DNA from: Macrostomum lignano
Taxonomy: Eukaryota
DNA length: 64,000 nt
Assembly: GCA_002269645.1 (NCBI GenBank)
Contig: NIVC01002882.1
Coordinates: 1 to 64,000, forward strand
Direction of reading: 5' to 3'
Shown: positions 11,201 to 29,206 of the stretch, one piece after another
How positions within the stretch are numbered: position 1 is the stretch's first letter
Layout of the letters: each line of letters opens with the position of its first letter
Notes under the pieces: model-generated
What the model was told of the DNA's origin: nothing
Database searches by the model: none
The model's input: only the letters and a program-made list of their open reading frames with translations
Translations under genes and position numbers: made by a program

Positions 11201-14148
11201 TGCGCCGCAGTGTCAGCGCCTGTGGTGGAGTCAAAAGCGATACTAAGCAGAAATAGGTATTTTATTTCATTCATTCGACATTCCATTTAGCATATGTTAT
11301 CCTTTTGGGAGATCCCATTTAGCACCTGTGATCCTTTTGGGAGATCCCATTTAGCACCTGTGATCCTTTTGGGAGATCCCTTAACTTAACTTAACTTAGC
11401 TGCAGGGCTGTCCCGGAGGGGACACAGCGGGAAGGCGCGGGCGCCCATTCCGCTAGTCCCTGAACGGCCGACGCGTCGCTATGGATGGAGGGTTGGCGCC
11501 GTTTGGGAGATCCCATTTAGCACCTGTGATCCTTCTGGGAGATCCCATTTAGCACCTGTGATCCTTTTGGGAAATCCCATTTAGCACCTATGATCCTTTT
11601 GGGAGATCCCATTTAGCACATGTGCTTCATTTAAGATCCCATTTAGCACCTGTGATCCTTTGAGATCCCATTTAACACCTGTGATCATTCGAGATCCCAT
11701 TTAGCACATGTGCATCATTTGAGATCCCAGTTAGCTCATGCGATCATTTGAGATCCCATTTAGCACTAGTGAGCCCTTTGGGAGATTCCATTTAGCTCGT
11801 GTGATTCTTTGAGATCCCATTTAGCTCCTGTGAGTCCTTTGGGAGATCCCATTTAGCTCCTGTGATCCTTTGAGATCCCATTTAGCTTCTGTGATTCTTT
11901 GAGATCCCATTTAGCTCCTGTGAGTCCTTTGGGAGATCCCATTTAGCTCCTGTGATCCTTTGAGATTCCATTTAGCTTCTGTGATTCTTTGAGATCCCAT
12001 TTAGCTCCTGTGAGTCCTTTGGGAGATCCCATTTAGCTCCTGTGATCCTTTGAGATCCCATTTAGCTTCTGTGATTCTTTGAGATCCCATTTAGCTCCTG
12101 TGAGTCCTTTGGGAGATCCCATTTAGCTTCTGTGATCCTTTGAGATCCTATTTAGCTTCTGTGATTCTTTGAGATCCCATTTAGCTCCTGTGATCCTTTG
12201 AGATCCCATTTAGCTCCTGTGAGTCCTTTGGGAGATCCCATTTAGCACATGTGCACCATTTGAGATCCCATTTAGCACATGTGCACCATTTGAGATCCCA
12301 TTTAGCACATGTGCATCATTTGAGATCCCATTTAGCTTCTGTGATCCTTTGAGATCCCATTTAGCACATGTGCACCATTTGAGATCCCATTTAGCACATG
12401 TGCACCATTTGAGATCCCATTTAGCACATGTGCACCATTTGAGATCCCATTTAGCACATGTGCACCATTTGAGATCCCATTTAGCACATGTGCACCATTT
12501 GAGATCCCATTTAGCACATGTGCACCATTTGAGATCCCATTTAGCACATGTGCACCATTTGAGATCCCATTTAGCACCTGTGAGTCCTTTGAGATCCTAT
12601 TAAGCACCTGTGCATACTTTGAGATTATTCGTGCCTCAATGTCACTAACCGTCGATCTTGAACTTTTCCATGATGTTGGCCATTAGCGGGCTGTCCAGTT
12701 TCAGTTGGAACAGGGGATCCGGCTCCATCGCAGGCAGGAACGCCTGCTCATCCGTCAGGTTCGTCACCATCCAGTGACAGCCGCGCACCTGCGTGAGCAG
12801 TTCAATCACGTGCTCGCAGTTGGCATTGAAAGTCTCCTTCATCAGGTCCTGATAGGCGAAGTTGACTCCGGTCATCTTCACCAGGCTGCCGCCCAGGTGC
12901 TGCCGCTCCCGCTGCTGACAGTCCGGCTGCTTGGCGATCCACCTTGATAGTAGAGCATATTTTTTCTTATTATCTAAACTTTTTACTTCAAGTAATAGAA
13001 TGAAGAAATTTTCTTGGAATCAGGATTGCCTAACATATAAATAAGTAAAATAAATTTGAACCATTAGGCGCGCATTGATGGAACCAGTTCCTGGCAATAA
13101 GCGCGCATTGATGGAACCAGTTCCTGGCAATAAGTGCGCATTGATGGAACCAGTTCCTAGCATTAAGCGCGCATTGATGGAACCAGTTCCTGACATTAAG
13201 CGCGCATTGATGGAACCAGTTCTTGGCATTAAGCGCGCATTGATGGAACCAGTTCTTGGCATTAAGCGCGCATTGATGGAACCAGTTCCTAGCATTAAGC
13301 GCGCATTGATGGAACCAGTTCCTGGCATTAAGCGCGCATTGATGGAACCAGTTCCTGGCATTAAGCGTGCATTGATGGAACCAGTTCCTAGCATTAAGCG
13401 CGCATTGATGGAACCAGTTCCTGGCATTAAGCGCGCATTGATGGAACCAGTTCCTAGCATTAGGTGCGCATTGATAGAACCAGTTCCTGGCATTAAGCGC
13501 GCATTGATAGAACCAGTTCCTGGCATTAAGCGCGCATTGATAGAACCAGTTCCTGGCATTAAGCGCGCATTGATGGAACCAGTTCCTAGCATTAAGCGCG
13601 CATTGATGGAACCAGTTCCTGGCATTAAGCGCGCATTGATGGAACCAGTTCCTAGCATTAGGTGCGCATTGATAGAACCAGTTCCTGGCATTAAGCGCGC
13701 ATTGATAGAACCAGTTCCTGGCATTAAGCGCGCATTGATGGAACCAGTTCCTAGCATTAGGTGCGCATTGATGGAACCAGTTCCTAGCATTAAGCGCACA
13801 TTGATAAAACCAGTTCCTAGCATTAAGCGCACAGTGCTAGAATCAAATTTCTGGCGTAAGCGCACAGAAAAAGGTCTAAAGCCGTATTAGCACAAGTGGG
13901 TACTTAAAAGCCTATTAAAGGTATTTTTCAGACCTCATAGCGGCTTGGAAGTCGCTCTTGGCCACCGTGACAAAATTCAGCACCGCCGCGGAGTTCGACG
14001 AGTCCGTCGAGTCCGACGTGACGTACAAAATCTTTGACAACGTGGCGCCATTATCGAAGCTCAGCCGGCAAGGCAGGCCTTCCAGCAAGCTTTTAGGAAC
14101 TTTGACGCTGTCTTTGAACACGAATTTAGGAGCCGACGACATTTCCAT
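8288..14148 (-). CDS. Divergent type II (eukaryotic) pantothenate kinase-like protein, ~375 aa; exons 14148-13934, 12942-12650, 11219-10990, 8677-8288
   Basis: Colinear PanK motifs: LSFDNGATLSKILYV (DIGGTLVKLVY), MTG, IELLTQVRG, ILVCLGSG, ALAEKGDRANVDLLVRE, HFGK, KEDVARS, VYFGGNF, GHLGAVGAL. Splice phases compatible; the exon 3 donor and exon 4 acceptor were chosen by homology and are the least certain. Confidence 0.8.
8760..10965 (+). repeat. Composite 20/17-bp minisatellite (GGGATCGGGACTCTTATTGT / GGGATCGGGACTCCTTT) in PanK-like intron 3
   Basis: More than 100 units; homogeneous 17-mer block at ~9580-10060. Confidence 0.95.
11297..12620 (+). repeat. ~30-33-bp minisatellite (GAGATCCCATTTAGCACATGTGCACCATTT and variants) in PanK-like intron 2
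   Basis: About 40 tandem units. Confidence 0.93.
11381..11501 (-). mobile_element. 5'-truncated LINE (RTE-like) 3' end inserted in a minisatellite
   Basis: Ends in a (TTAAG)n tail; flanked by TTTGGGAGATCCC on both sides; AGCGGAATGGGCG...GCCCTGCAG is shared with the LINE 3' end at ~57995-58065. Confidence 0.65.
13068..13830 (+). repeat. 33-bp minisatellite (GCGCGCATTGATGGAACCAGTTCCTGGCATTAA) in PanK-like intron 1
   Basis: About 23 tandem copies, no unique spacers. Confidence 0.95.
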
Positions 14149-14644
14149 TGGCGATCAATAAAGTTCAAGAAAGGTCTTAGGTACTATTATATACGCTCAT
14201 GTGACGCACCCTGCAGGGCTCTTGAACAAGAGAAAAAAATTGTGTTAGACAACTCCTATATACTGCTGCGAGGTTTGGAGAGAGAGGCAGCAAGAGGAGA
14301 GAGGTACGAGCGTACGCTGTGTTCTGCATTCTCTTACCGCACGGGCGAGGCTAAAATCAGTGTACAGATATGTCAGAGGGGCAGAGGTGTGTCCCTTGAA
14401 CTCAGAATCGAGGAGCATCAAATAGAATACAGATAAATTGCTGTCATACGCTTTTATAAACACGACAGCTGACAAAACAACTAAAGGGCAAGGGGGTTTA
14501 TGTGAAGCAACAGTAGTGAAGTAATTATAGGACACTCCAACATTAAAATCCTTCATTACCTAGGACATGAACTAGAGGACATTAACTGTATAAGTTTAAT
14601 TATAACCCAACATTGTTACAAGTTACGATTCGAACTGAATACCT

Positions 14645-16917
14645 CAGTCAGTCAAGGACATGCCCATTCCGCCGACTTCTGAGCACCCACACGCTCACGC
14701 GGCCCTGACTGTCTCAACGACTGGCATGTACACTCTTTACCTTGCAGGTTGGCCCTCCCCCATACTGTTGCCCTCAGATTTTGCAGTCATGTGTCCGAAA
14801 TTTATTTACTAGTAGATTTTGCAGTCATGTGTCCGAAATTTATTTACTAGTAGATTTTGCAGTCATGTGTCCGAAATTTATTTACTAGTAGATTTTGAAG
14901 TCATGTGTCCGAAATTTGGTTACTAGTAGATTTTGTAGAGTCATGTGTCCGAAATTTATTTACTAGTAGATTTTGCGGAGTCATGTGTCCGAAATTTGGT
15001 TACTAGTAGATTTTGTAGAGTCATGTGTCCGAAATTTGGTTACTAGTAGATTTTGTAGAGTCATGTGTCCGAAATTTGGTTACTAGTAGATTTTGCAGAG
15101 TCATGTGTCCGAAATTTATTTACTAGTAGATTTTGTAGAGTCATGTGTCCGAAATTTATTTACTAGTAGATTTTGTAGAGTCATGTGTCCGAAATTTGGT
15201 TACTAGTAGATTTTGCAGTCATGTGTCCGAAATTTATTTACTAGTAGATTTTGTAGAGTCATGTGTCCGAAATTTATTTACTAGTAGATTTTGTAGAGTC
15301 ATGTGTCCGAAATTTGGTTACTAGTAGATTTTGCAGTCATGTGTCCGAAATTTATTTACTAGTAGATTTTGTAGAGTCATGTGTCCGAAATTTATTTACT
15401 AGTAGATTTTGTAGAGTCATGTGTCCGAAATTTATTTACTAGTAGATTTTGTAGAGTCATGTGTCCGAAATTTGGTTACTAGTAGATTTTGCAGTCATGT
15501 GTCCGAAATTTATTTACTAGTAGATTTTGTAGAGTCATGTGTCCGAAATTTGGTTGCTAGTAGATTTTGCAGTCATGTGTCCGAAATTTATTTACTAGTA
15601 GATTTTGCAGAGTCATGTGTCCGAAATTTATTTACTAGCAGAAACTGGCCCAAACCGTAGTCCAGACTGAAATTGACGCTCTGGCTGGCTCAGAGTCGAC
15701 TCAGCCCGGAGCGTCACGGACAGCAGAGCCCGTCGGAAATAGGTGTGCACGTCGGATTCCTACACGATCAAATTGCTCTGGTCGGGTTTGAGAATCTGCA
15801 GGGATTTCATGCCAGCAAGGACTGACCGATAATCGTTTTTGCTTTTATTCTTGATAGCCAGCGGCAGCAGATTCAAAATGATTCGGACCAGGCTGGCTTG
15901 ATTTGGCCAGTTGCCAAATGATGACGTCACTTTGTACTTTCTCTGCCGACAGAGCTTTCTGCGATGGCAGGATTGCCGCCAACTGTCCGAAGGACTCCAG
16001 GTCAAGTAGGCGCGAATTTTTGCCTGCTGACTGCCATCAGTCGCCGCGCTGAGGTTCAGGCACAGCGTCAGGTCTCGGAGCTTCCACGGCAGCGGCTGCG
16101 GCCATGGGAGGCAGTTGTGCCGCGCCGCGGCCTCCCTGGCCATCTCGGTGTAGAGGCAGACGGCCTCGCTGTAGCTGAAGGAGTCCGCGCCGCCCGATTG
16201 CATATTGAAGAACATAGCCGGCTCCTGCGGCTGTTCGTGGTCAACGCATTTGTCAGAAAAGTCGCTGGGTACAGATACGAACAGAGAACAGAGAAGCGCA
16301 GTCTGTTGTTGATGTTTCGCATCTGCCTGACCTCCTGGTCGGTCAGTGCTACCTTGAAGCATTTCAGGTGCTCCGGATGGTGCAGAGTTTCAATCTGCAC
16401 TGGCGAGTCCAGAGACTGCCTCGAGCCGGCACTGAATATGCCATAGTTCCTGTAGAATGTCTGCTCTTTCCTCTGGCCGACGAGATCCGCTAGGACACCG
16501 TACGGCATGGACTGAATGATAACCAACGGAACCAAAAAACTCAGGCGGGTCGACTCACTTGCTGACCAGTTGAAGGTTGACAATCGCATTCGTCACCTGA
16601 TCTAACTCGGTCTCATTTAGCAGATAAATTGACGAGCCAGCAGCTAGCATTGTGTTGCAAAAGTACAAATTCGGAAACTCGAAAGCCACATCGTCGGCTC
16701 TAAGTTCAGATTTAACGCCAGGGTGTCTCAGCCGATGAACGAAGGTCCTCGACGTGTTGATCATCAGGATGAGGAAGCCGACGAAACAAGCCAGCCAAAG
16801 GACTCTGAGTATCACATCGCGCCAGCTTGAAGTCACTCGGCTGATTCCGTGAGCTGTGCTCTCGGAGACTAATTATCTGACTAAATTCGAAATAGACGGC
16901 CTGTTGCCCTATTTCAT
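14645..16917 (-). pseudogene. DEG/ENaC (amiloride-sensitive/ASIC-like) channel pseudogene
   Basis: ESTAHG pre-TM1 motif, TM1 (RVLWLACFVGFLILMI), FPNLYFCN, Cys-rich thumb (YSEAVC...C...CRQRKYKVTSSFGNWP), YFRRALLSVTL, TM2 relic EVGGMGMSL at ~14678-14652. In-frame stops at 16911-16909, 16875-16873 and 15762-15760; frameshifts; apparent internal deletions. Confidence 0.75.
14776..15630 (+). repeat. 38/40-bp minisatellite (AGTCATGTGTCCGAAATTTATTTACTAGTAGATTTTG[C/TAG])
   Basis: About 22 tandem copies, lying between the last ENaC-like segments. Confidence 0.95.
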
Positions 16918-17204
16918 GGTGTGCAATTCCATCAAGACAACACTACAGGACTTGCCCGCTTCAGCAGCTTTATAGACTGGTACAGCTGCTCCGTCACACG
17001 CTATTATGCAAAATGACTCTTCTGAATTAATGCGATGCATTCCCCTTTGAATTACATTTGCTACCTGCCGGTCTGGCTGTTGACAGAGTCCACACGTTTA
17101 TTATTTCTGCCATAAAACGATGTTTCAGACAGACAGACAGACAGACAGAATTCAAAGGGTTTCTGCTATTGCTTCAGTCAATAAGAATTTACTGTAAAAG
17201 AACT

Positions 17205-17315
17205 ACCTATCTATAGATCTATCTAGCTGTGTATCTATCTACGAGCTCGTATTTAATCTATCTGTTTATCTATCTATCTATCTATCTTTCTGTCTATTTA
17301 TCTATCTATGTATCC

Positions 17316-17346
<31 letters not shown>

Positions 17347-17347
17347 C

Positions 17348-17387
<40 letters not shown>

Positions 17388-17392
17388 GTCTG

Positions 17393-17466
<74 letters not shown>

Positions 17467-17525
17467 AATCCATCTATATCTATCTATCTATCTATCTTTC
17501 TGTCTATTTATCTATCTATGTATCC

Positions 17526-17591
<66 letters not shown>

Positions 17592-17648
17592 GTATCTATC
17601 TATCTATCTGTCTATCTATCTATCTATCTATCTATGTATCTATCTATG

Positions 17649-17685
<37 letters not shown>

Positions 17686-17686
17686 G

Positions 17687-17738
<52 letters not shown>

Positions 17739-17755
17739 CCTATCTATCTATCTAC

Positions 17756-17825
<70 letters not shown>

Positions 17826-17924
17826 GTCTATTTATCTATCTATCTACCTATCTATCTATCTACCTATCTATCTATCTATCTATCTGTCTATTTATCTATC
17901 TATCTATCTATCCATCTATCTACC

Positions 17925-17955
<31 letters not shown>

Positions 17956-17995
17956 CTGTCTATTTATCTATCTATCTATCTATCCATCTATCTAC

Positions 17996-18041
<46 letters not shown>

Positions 18042-18047
18042 GTCTAT

Positions 18048-18082
<35 letters not shown>

Positions 18083-18083
18083 C

Positions 18084-18122
<39 letters not shown>

Positions 18123-18139
18123 CCTATCTATCTATCTAC

Positions 18140-18201
<62 letters not shown>

Positions 18202-18284
18202 GTCTATTTATCTATCTATCTACCTATCTATCTATCTATCTATCTGTCTATTTATCTATCTATCTATCTATCCATCTATCTACC

Positions 18285-18315
<31 letters not shown>

Positions 18316-18355
18316 CTGTCTATTTATCTATCTATCTATCTATCCATCTATCTAC

Positions 18356-18397
<42 letters not shown>

Positions 18398-18440
18398 GTC
18401 TATTTATCTATCTATCTATCTATCTATCCATCTATCTACC

Positions 18441-18496
<56 letters not shown>

Positions 18497-18510
18497 CATC
18501 TATCTATCCC
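17205..18510 (+). repeat. (TATC)n microsatellite, ~1.3 kb
   Basis: Direct inspection. Confidence 0.97.
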
Positions 18511-19009
18511 AGACTGCATTTGAAACGCCAGACATTTTCAAGGCATGAAGTACAAGAAGCGAGAGATTCAGAAAATTATTTTTGCCTGACAATACAAAAA
18601 AGATTATGCAAGTTGTCTAAAGCTTTTTAAAATTTTTGTCAAGTCTATTTCAATAAGATGTTGATATGTTTATAGGATAGCACATTAAGAATAAAAAATG
18701 TGTCAATAAAAGCAGAAAGAATCACAAGATGCACAGAGTAATTTCGGTGTAATCACAGACTGCAAAAACTGCATTTAGGAAAGTTATCTAAAAATGTGTA
18801 TACTTATCAGTACGCTCGTATACTGAAAATACATCTTGAGTGGATAACAAAAATAAATATTCTATTAATATAAAAACGTGAGCATTACCGGAATAAAATA
18901 CATGCAGACAGAACTCAGTCATCTGCATTCGGACAAACCTGTATAGAACAATCTAAATATACTAAATTAAAATCTATTAGGACTTAAATTGATAATTAAG
19001 GATTGCTTC

Positions 19010-20000
19010 AATAATCCTACTGGCTCATGAGGATATAATTCCCCCAATAATCCTACTGGCTCATGTGGATATAATTCCCCCAATAATCCTACTGGCTCAT
19101 GGGGATATAATCCCCCCAATAATCCTACTGGCTGATGTGGATATAATTCCCCCAATAATCCTACTGGCTCATGTGGATATAATTCCCCCAATAATCCTAC
19201 TGGCTCATGGAGATAAAATTCCCCCAATAATCCTACTGGCTCATGAGGATATAATTCCCCCAATAATCCTACTGGCTCATGAGGATATAATTCCCCCAAT
19301 AATCCTACTGGCTCATGGGGATATAATTCCCCCAATAATCCTACTGGCTAATAGGGATACAATCCCCCCAATAATCCTACTGGCTCATGTGGATATAATT
19401 CCCCCAAATCCTACTGGCTCATGGGGATATAATTCCCCCAATAATCCTACTGGCTAATAGGGATACAATCCCCCCAATAATCCTACTGGCTCATGTGGAT
19501 ATAATTCCCCCAATAATCCTACTGGCTCATGAGGATATAATTCCCCCAATAATCCTACTGGCTCATGGGGATATAATTCCCCCAATAATCCTACTGGCTA
19601 ATAGGGATACAATCCCCCCAATAATCATACTGGCTCATGTGGATATAATCCCCCCAATAATCCTACTGGCTGATGTGGATATAATTCCCCCAATAATCCT
19701 ACTGGCTCATGTGGATATAATTCCCCCAATAATCCTACTGGCTCATGTGGATACAAAATTCCCCCAATAATCCTACTGGCTCATGGAGATAAAATTCCCC
19801 CAATAATCCTACTGGCTCATGAGGATAAAATTCCCCCAATAATCCTACTGGCTCATGAGGATATAATTCCCCCAATAATCCTACTGGCTCATGAGGATAT
19901 AATTCCCCCAATAATCCTACTGGCTCATGGGGATATAATTCCCCCAATAATCCTACTGGCTCATGGGGATACAAAATTCCCCCAATAATCCTACTGGCTT
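19010..20000 (+). repeat. 33-bp minisatellite (AATAATCCTACTGGCTCATGTGGATATAATTCCCC-like)
   Basis: About 30 tandem copies. Confidence 0.95.
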
Positions 20001-20107
20001 ATAGGTATATAATTCCCCGAAAGGTACAAATTATTTTAGTAACACTTTGCCTAAAGGCATTCCATATTTCAGTCAGAGGTTTAACAGACATAAATTTTCA
20101 AACTTGG

Positions 20108-21183
20108 TCACACAAACCCGGACTCAAGCAGTTCCACCCCGTCGGCGGTGACCTTGTCCCTCCGACCGGAGCCTCCGGAGACGCGACACCAGCTCTCGCA
20201 CTGCAGATGCGACACCCGGCCATCGCCGCCCAGCACCAGGTGAATATTATAGAACCCGCCGTACATGCCCGGTATAGGAAAATTCCAGCAATCGTTTAAG
20301 CCGGATGTCAGGTGAGATTCGAGCAGGACTCGAACTGGGAGCATACTGAGGTGACCTTTATCGGACAGACCCATAGATGCTTCTTTGATTAGGCCGTGGA
20401 AATGGCTCTCCATGGCGTCTAGCTGAGAGTCGTCGAGCTGTTCAGCTGGCAGGTGAAAACTTGGCGTCAGGGCTGCCAGGAGGTCCTGAAGGAAGGTAAT
20501 TCGAGGGAATTATGGGAAATATAAGTAGGCGAATATTGAGGGACAATACAGATGGGAGAATTATCCCATAAACTGAGTTTTCTATAAGCTAATGAAAGAA
20601 ATATTCCAAACCTGGGGATCCTATAAGCTAATGGGAGAAATATCCCAAAACTGAGGATCCCATATGCTAATGGGAGAAATATCCCAAAACTGAGGATCCC
20701 ATATGCTAATGGGAGAAATATCCCAAAACTGAGGATCCCATATGCAAATGGGAGAGTTATCTAAAAATATGCGAATAACCAAAGAATTACCCCTGCACTT
20801 TGGCCTCTCACCTGTCCGCATCCTGGCACACTTTTAGCCAAATCCAGCGGAGTCCTGCCCAGCCAGTCCTTAACGCACCGAGCCGCACCGGCTTCAACCA
20901 GACGCTCGGCCACCCAGGCCGGGGCACCGGCACTGGCCGCATAGTGCAGCGGCGTCCACCCCGACGGTTCCACCTCGGGCGAGTCGCGCAATTCGCAGCT
21001 GTTCACCAGCGACGATTTAAAAGTGCCGGCATCGAAGGCGACGTCCCAGGATTTGCTTTTGAATGGCTGGAACAGCCGCAAGATGCAATCGGCGTAGGTG
21101 TCTTTCAGTGTCGACTTCAGGGTGATTCCCGACCAGTCCGGCATGATGGGGCCGCTGGAAGCTGCGAAATCTACTGAGCTCAT
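20108..21183 (-). CDS. Ankyrin-repeat protein of bacterial-like type, 249 aa; exons 21183-20812, 20485-20108
   Basis: GWTPLHYAASAGAPAWVAERLVEAGA...GRTPLDLA ankyrin motif; phase-0 intron (CAG|GTGAGA...TTCCTTCAG|GAC); C-terminal WNFPIPGMYGGF...ESWCRVSGGSGRRDKVTADGVELLESGFV. Confidence 0.85.
20585..20760 (+). repeat. 39-bp minisatellite in the ankyrin gene intron
   Basis: GCTAATGGGAGAAATATCCCAAAACTGAGGATCCCATAT, about 4 copies. Confidence 0.85.
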
Positions 21184-21224
21184 AGCATCTCGTAGGCCTT
21201 AGCTGGTGTAAAGAATGAATCTCA

Positions 21225-22160
21225 GTAGATGTAGGGGCGAATCTCATAGGATACAGGGGCGAATCTCATAGGATACAGGGGCGAATCTATTAGGGTACAG
21301 GGGCGAATCTCATAGAGTACAGGGGCGAATCTCAGAGGGTACAGGGGCGAATCTCATAGTCGATACAGGGGGAAATCTCATAGGGTACAGGGGCGAATCT
21401 CATAGGGTACAGGGGCGAATCTCATAGGGTACAGGGGCGAATCTCATAGGGTACAGGGGCGAATCTTAGAGGGTACAGGGGCTAATCTCATAGTAGATAC
21501 AGGGGGAAATCTCATACGGTACAGGGGCGAATCTCATAGTAGATACAGGGCGAATCTCCTAGCAGATAGTGACAAATCTCATTTAAGAAACATAGACGCA
21601 TGTCATACTGGATATAGGGACGAATCTCAGCAGATACAGAGGCGAATCTCATAGCAGATTCAGGGGCGAATCTCAGTGGATACAGGGACAAATCTCATAG
21701 TGGATACAGAGACGAATCTCATAGTGGCTACAGGGACGAATCTCATAGTCGATACAGAGACGAATCTCATAGTGGATACAGAGACGAATCTCATAGTGGC
21801 TACAGGGACGAATCTCATAGTGGATACAGAGACGAATCTCATAGTGGATACAGAGACGAATCTCATAGTGGATACAGGGACGAATCTCATAGTGGATACA
21901 GAGACGAATCTCATAGTGGCTACAGGGACGAATCTCATAGTGGATACAGAGACGAATCTCATAGTGGATACAGGGACGAATTTCATAGTGGATACAGGGA
22001 CGAATCTCAGAGGGTACAGGGGCGAATCTCAGAGGGTACAGGGGCGAATCTCATAGTCGATACAGGGGAAATCTCATACGGTACAGGGGCGAATCTCATA
22101 GTAGATACAGAGACGAATCTCATAGCAGATGCAGGGACGAATCTCATAGCAGATGCAGGG
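21225..22160 (+). repeat. 21/24-bp minisatellite (GGGTACAGGGGCGAATCTCATA / GTGGATACAGAGACGAATCTCATA)
   Basis: Two related unit types in alternating blocks. Confidence 0.92.
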
Positions 22161-22927
22161 GCGACCTGCCAAATGGGGATGAAATAATCTTGAAAAACAG
22201 GATCCTAAAAGAAATTTACTAAATGAAAGATTTTTAACTGTCGCTTCGAGATATCAGATTTTTATTATAATTTTATCAGATTAATTATAGCAGGTTGTTC
22301 ATTGGAATCGAAAGTGTTCATCTAAAACAATAATAATTATTTAATAAACTACTAACAATAGCATTATTCGTGTGCAGTTTTCACTATACTACTTATAATA
22401 ATGAACGATTTATATATTGACTTTATTAAAAATAGACTGAACCACAACAAAAGGAATGCTAATCACAACAAATAAATATTTTGACAGCAACTCTCTAGAG
22501 TATACTACTCATATCATCGCAACAACAGTAATAGCGTTGGGGTTTGAAACGTAATGAAAAAGTCTGCATTCTGAATCAGAATATGGCAATCATCAAAAAC
22601 CTGCTTATTGCAATAATTGTAATAATAATTATCACTAAAGATTCTCTGCTGGCAAATCACTAGTTACTGAGGACAAAAACTGGAATATGAAGAAAAACAT
22701 TATTGATAAACTAATTAATTCATAATTTGTGTCTTCTGCTGCTGAATAATCCATTGGACAGTAAGTTCGTTTGAATGACAGCATAACTGAATATATACGT
22801 GTGTGTAGCATTCTAAATGAATATTAATCAGAAAAGTTAATGTAGCAATCCCAGGTTAAATGACAATGGCAGGTTCTGCTTTAACCTTGTTTATTTTTCT
22901 GAGTTGCTACGTGCTGTTGCTTTTGTG

Positions 22928-23417
22928 AAACTGAAGATCTGGGAGGCTGGCCCAGCAACTGAAGATCTGGGAGGCTGGCCCAGCAACTGAGGATCCGGGA
23001 GGCTGCCCCAGCAACTGAGGATCCGGGAGGCTGGCTCAGCAACTGAGGATCCGGGAGGCTGGCCCAGCAACTGAGGATCTGGGAGGCTGGCCCAGCAACT
23101 GAGGATGTGGGAGGCTGGCCCAGCAACTGAAGATCTGGGAGGCTGGCCCAGCAATTCTGAGGATGTGGGAGGCTGGCCCAGCAATTCTGAGGATGTGGGA
23201 GGCTGGCCCAGCAATTCTGAGGATGTGGGAGGCTGGCCCAGCAATTCTGAGGATGTGGGAGGCTGGCCCAGCAATTCTGAGGATGTGGGAGGCTGGCCCG
23301 GTAACTGAGGATCTCGGAGGCTGGCAAAGTAACTGAGGATCTGGGAGGCTGGCAAAGCAACTGAGCATCTGGGAGGCTGGCCCAGCAACTGGGGATCTGT
23401 GAGGCTGGGCCAGCAAC
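22928..23417 (+). repeat. 28/30-bp minisatellite (CTGGGAGGCTGGCCCAGCAACTGAGGAT), locus 1
   Basis: About 17 copies; same unit as 52498-52883. Confidence 0.93.
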
Positions 23418-23904
23418 AAAGAGGAGAATATTAATTAGAATTAATCGCAAACCAGCAGCAAAGCTCAGGATTTAAATCAGGTAACAAAAACAGGACAAAA
23501 ATACAAATTAAATAAACAATAGATTGAACAGCAGTGATCTGGAAAACAATAAAAACCTTAAATTGTGCATGCCGGAATAGACACACAGAACCCACAAATA
23601 GACTATTTAATTGAGAAAAGTCTACCAATCTATAAATAAATAAATAAATTCGCGCGCAGAGTGAGTGAATCAAGCGAACCAAATTCAGGAAAAAAGAACT
23701 GATCTGCAATTCTGCTGCTACATCAGCTATATCATATAGATTATCATTACTAATGCAAATAGAATTACTTCAAAACAATATTATGCGAGTGGGACGATAA
23801 AATGGTTTGGTTTTTTGTAGTTTTTCTGTTGTCGGCTTCATTCAATAATTTTCACACCCAGACAACTCAAACATCCGGAGACGCTCTCTTAATAGCTCGA
23901 ATCC

Positions 23905-29206
<5,302 letters not shown>

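Noticed and set aside
15760-16917. Alternative genetic code (TAA/TAG = Gln) suggested by the ENaC stops
   Set aside because: The same locus also has frameshifts and deletions, and TAA/TAG act as position-conserved terminators in the microprotein genes
13068-20000. 33-bp and 38/40-bp arrays resembling CRISPR repeats in size
   Set aside because: Head-to-tail tandem units with no unique spacers, no cas genes, eukaryotic context
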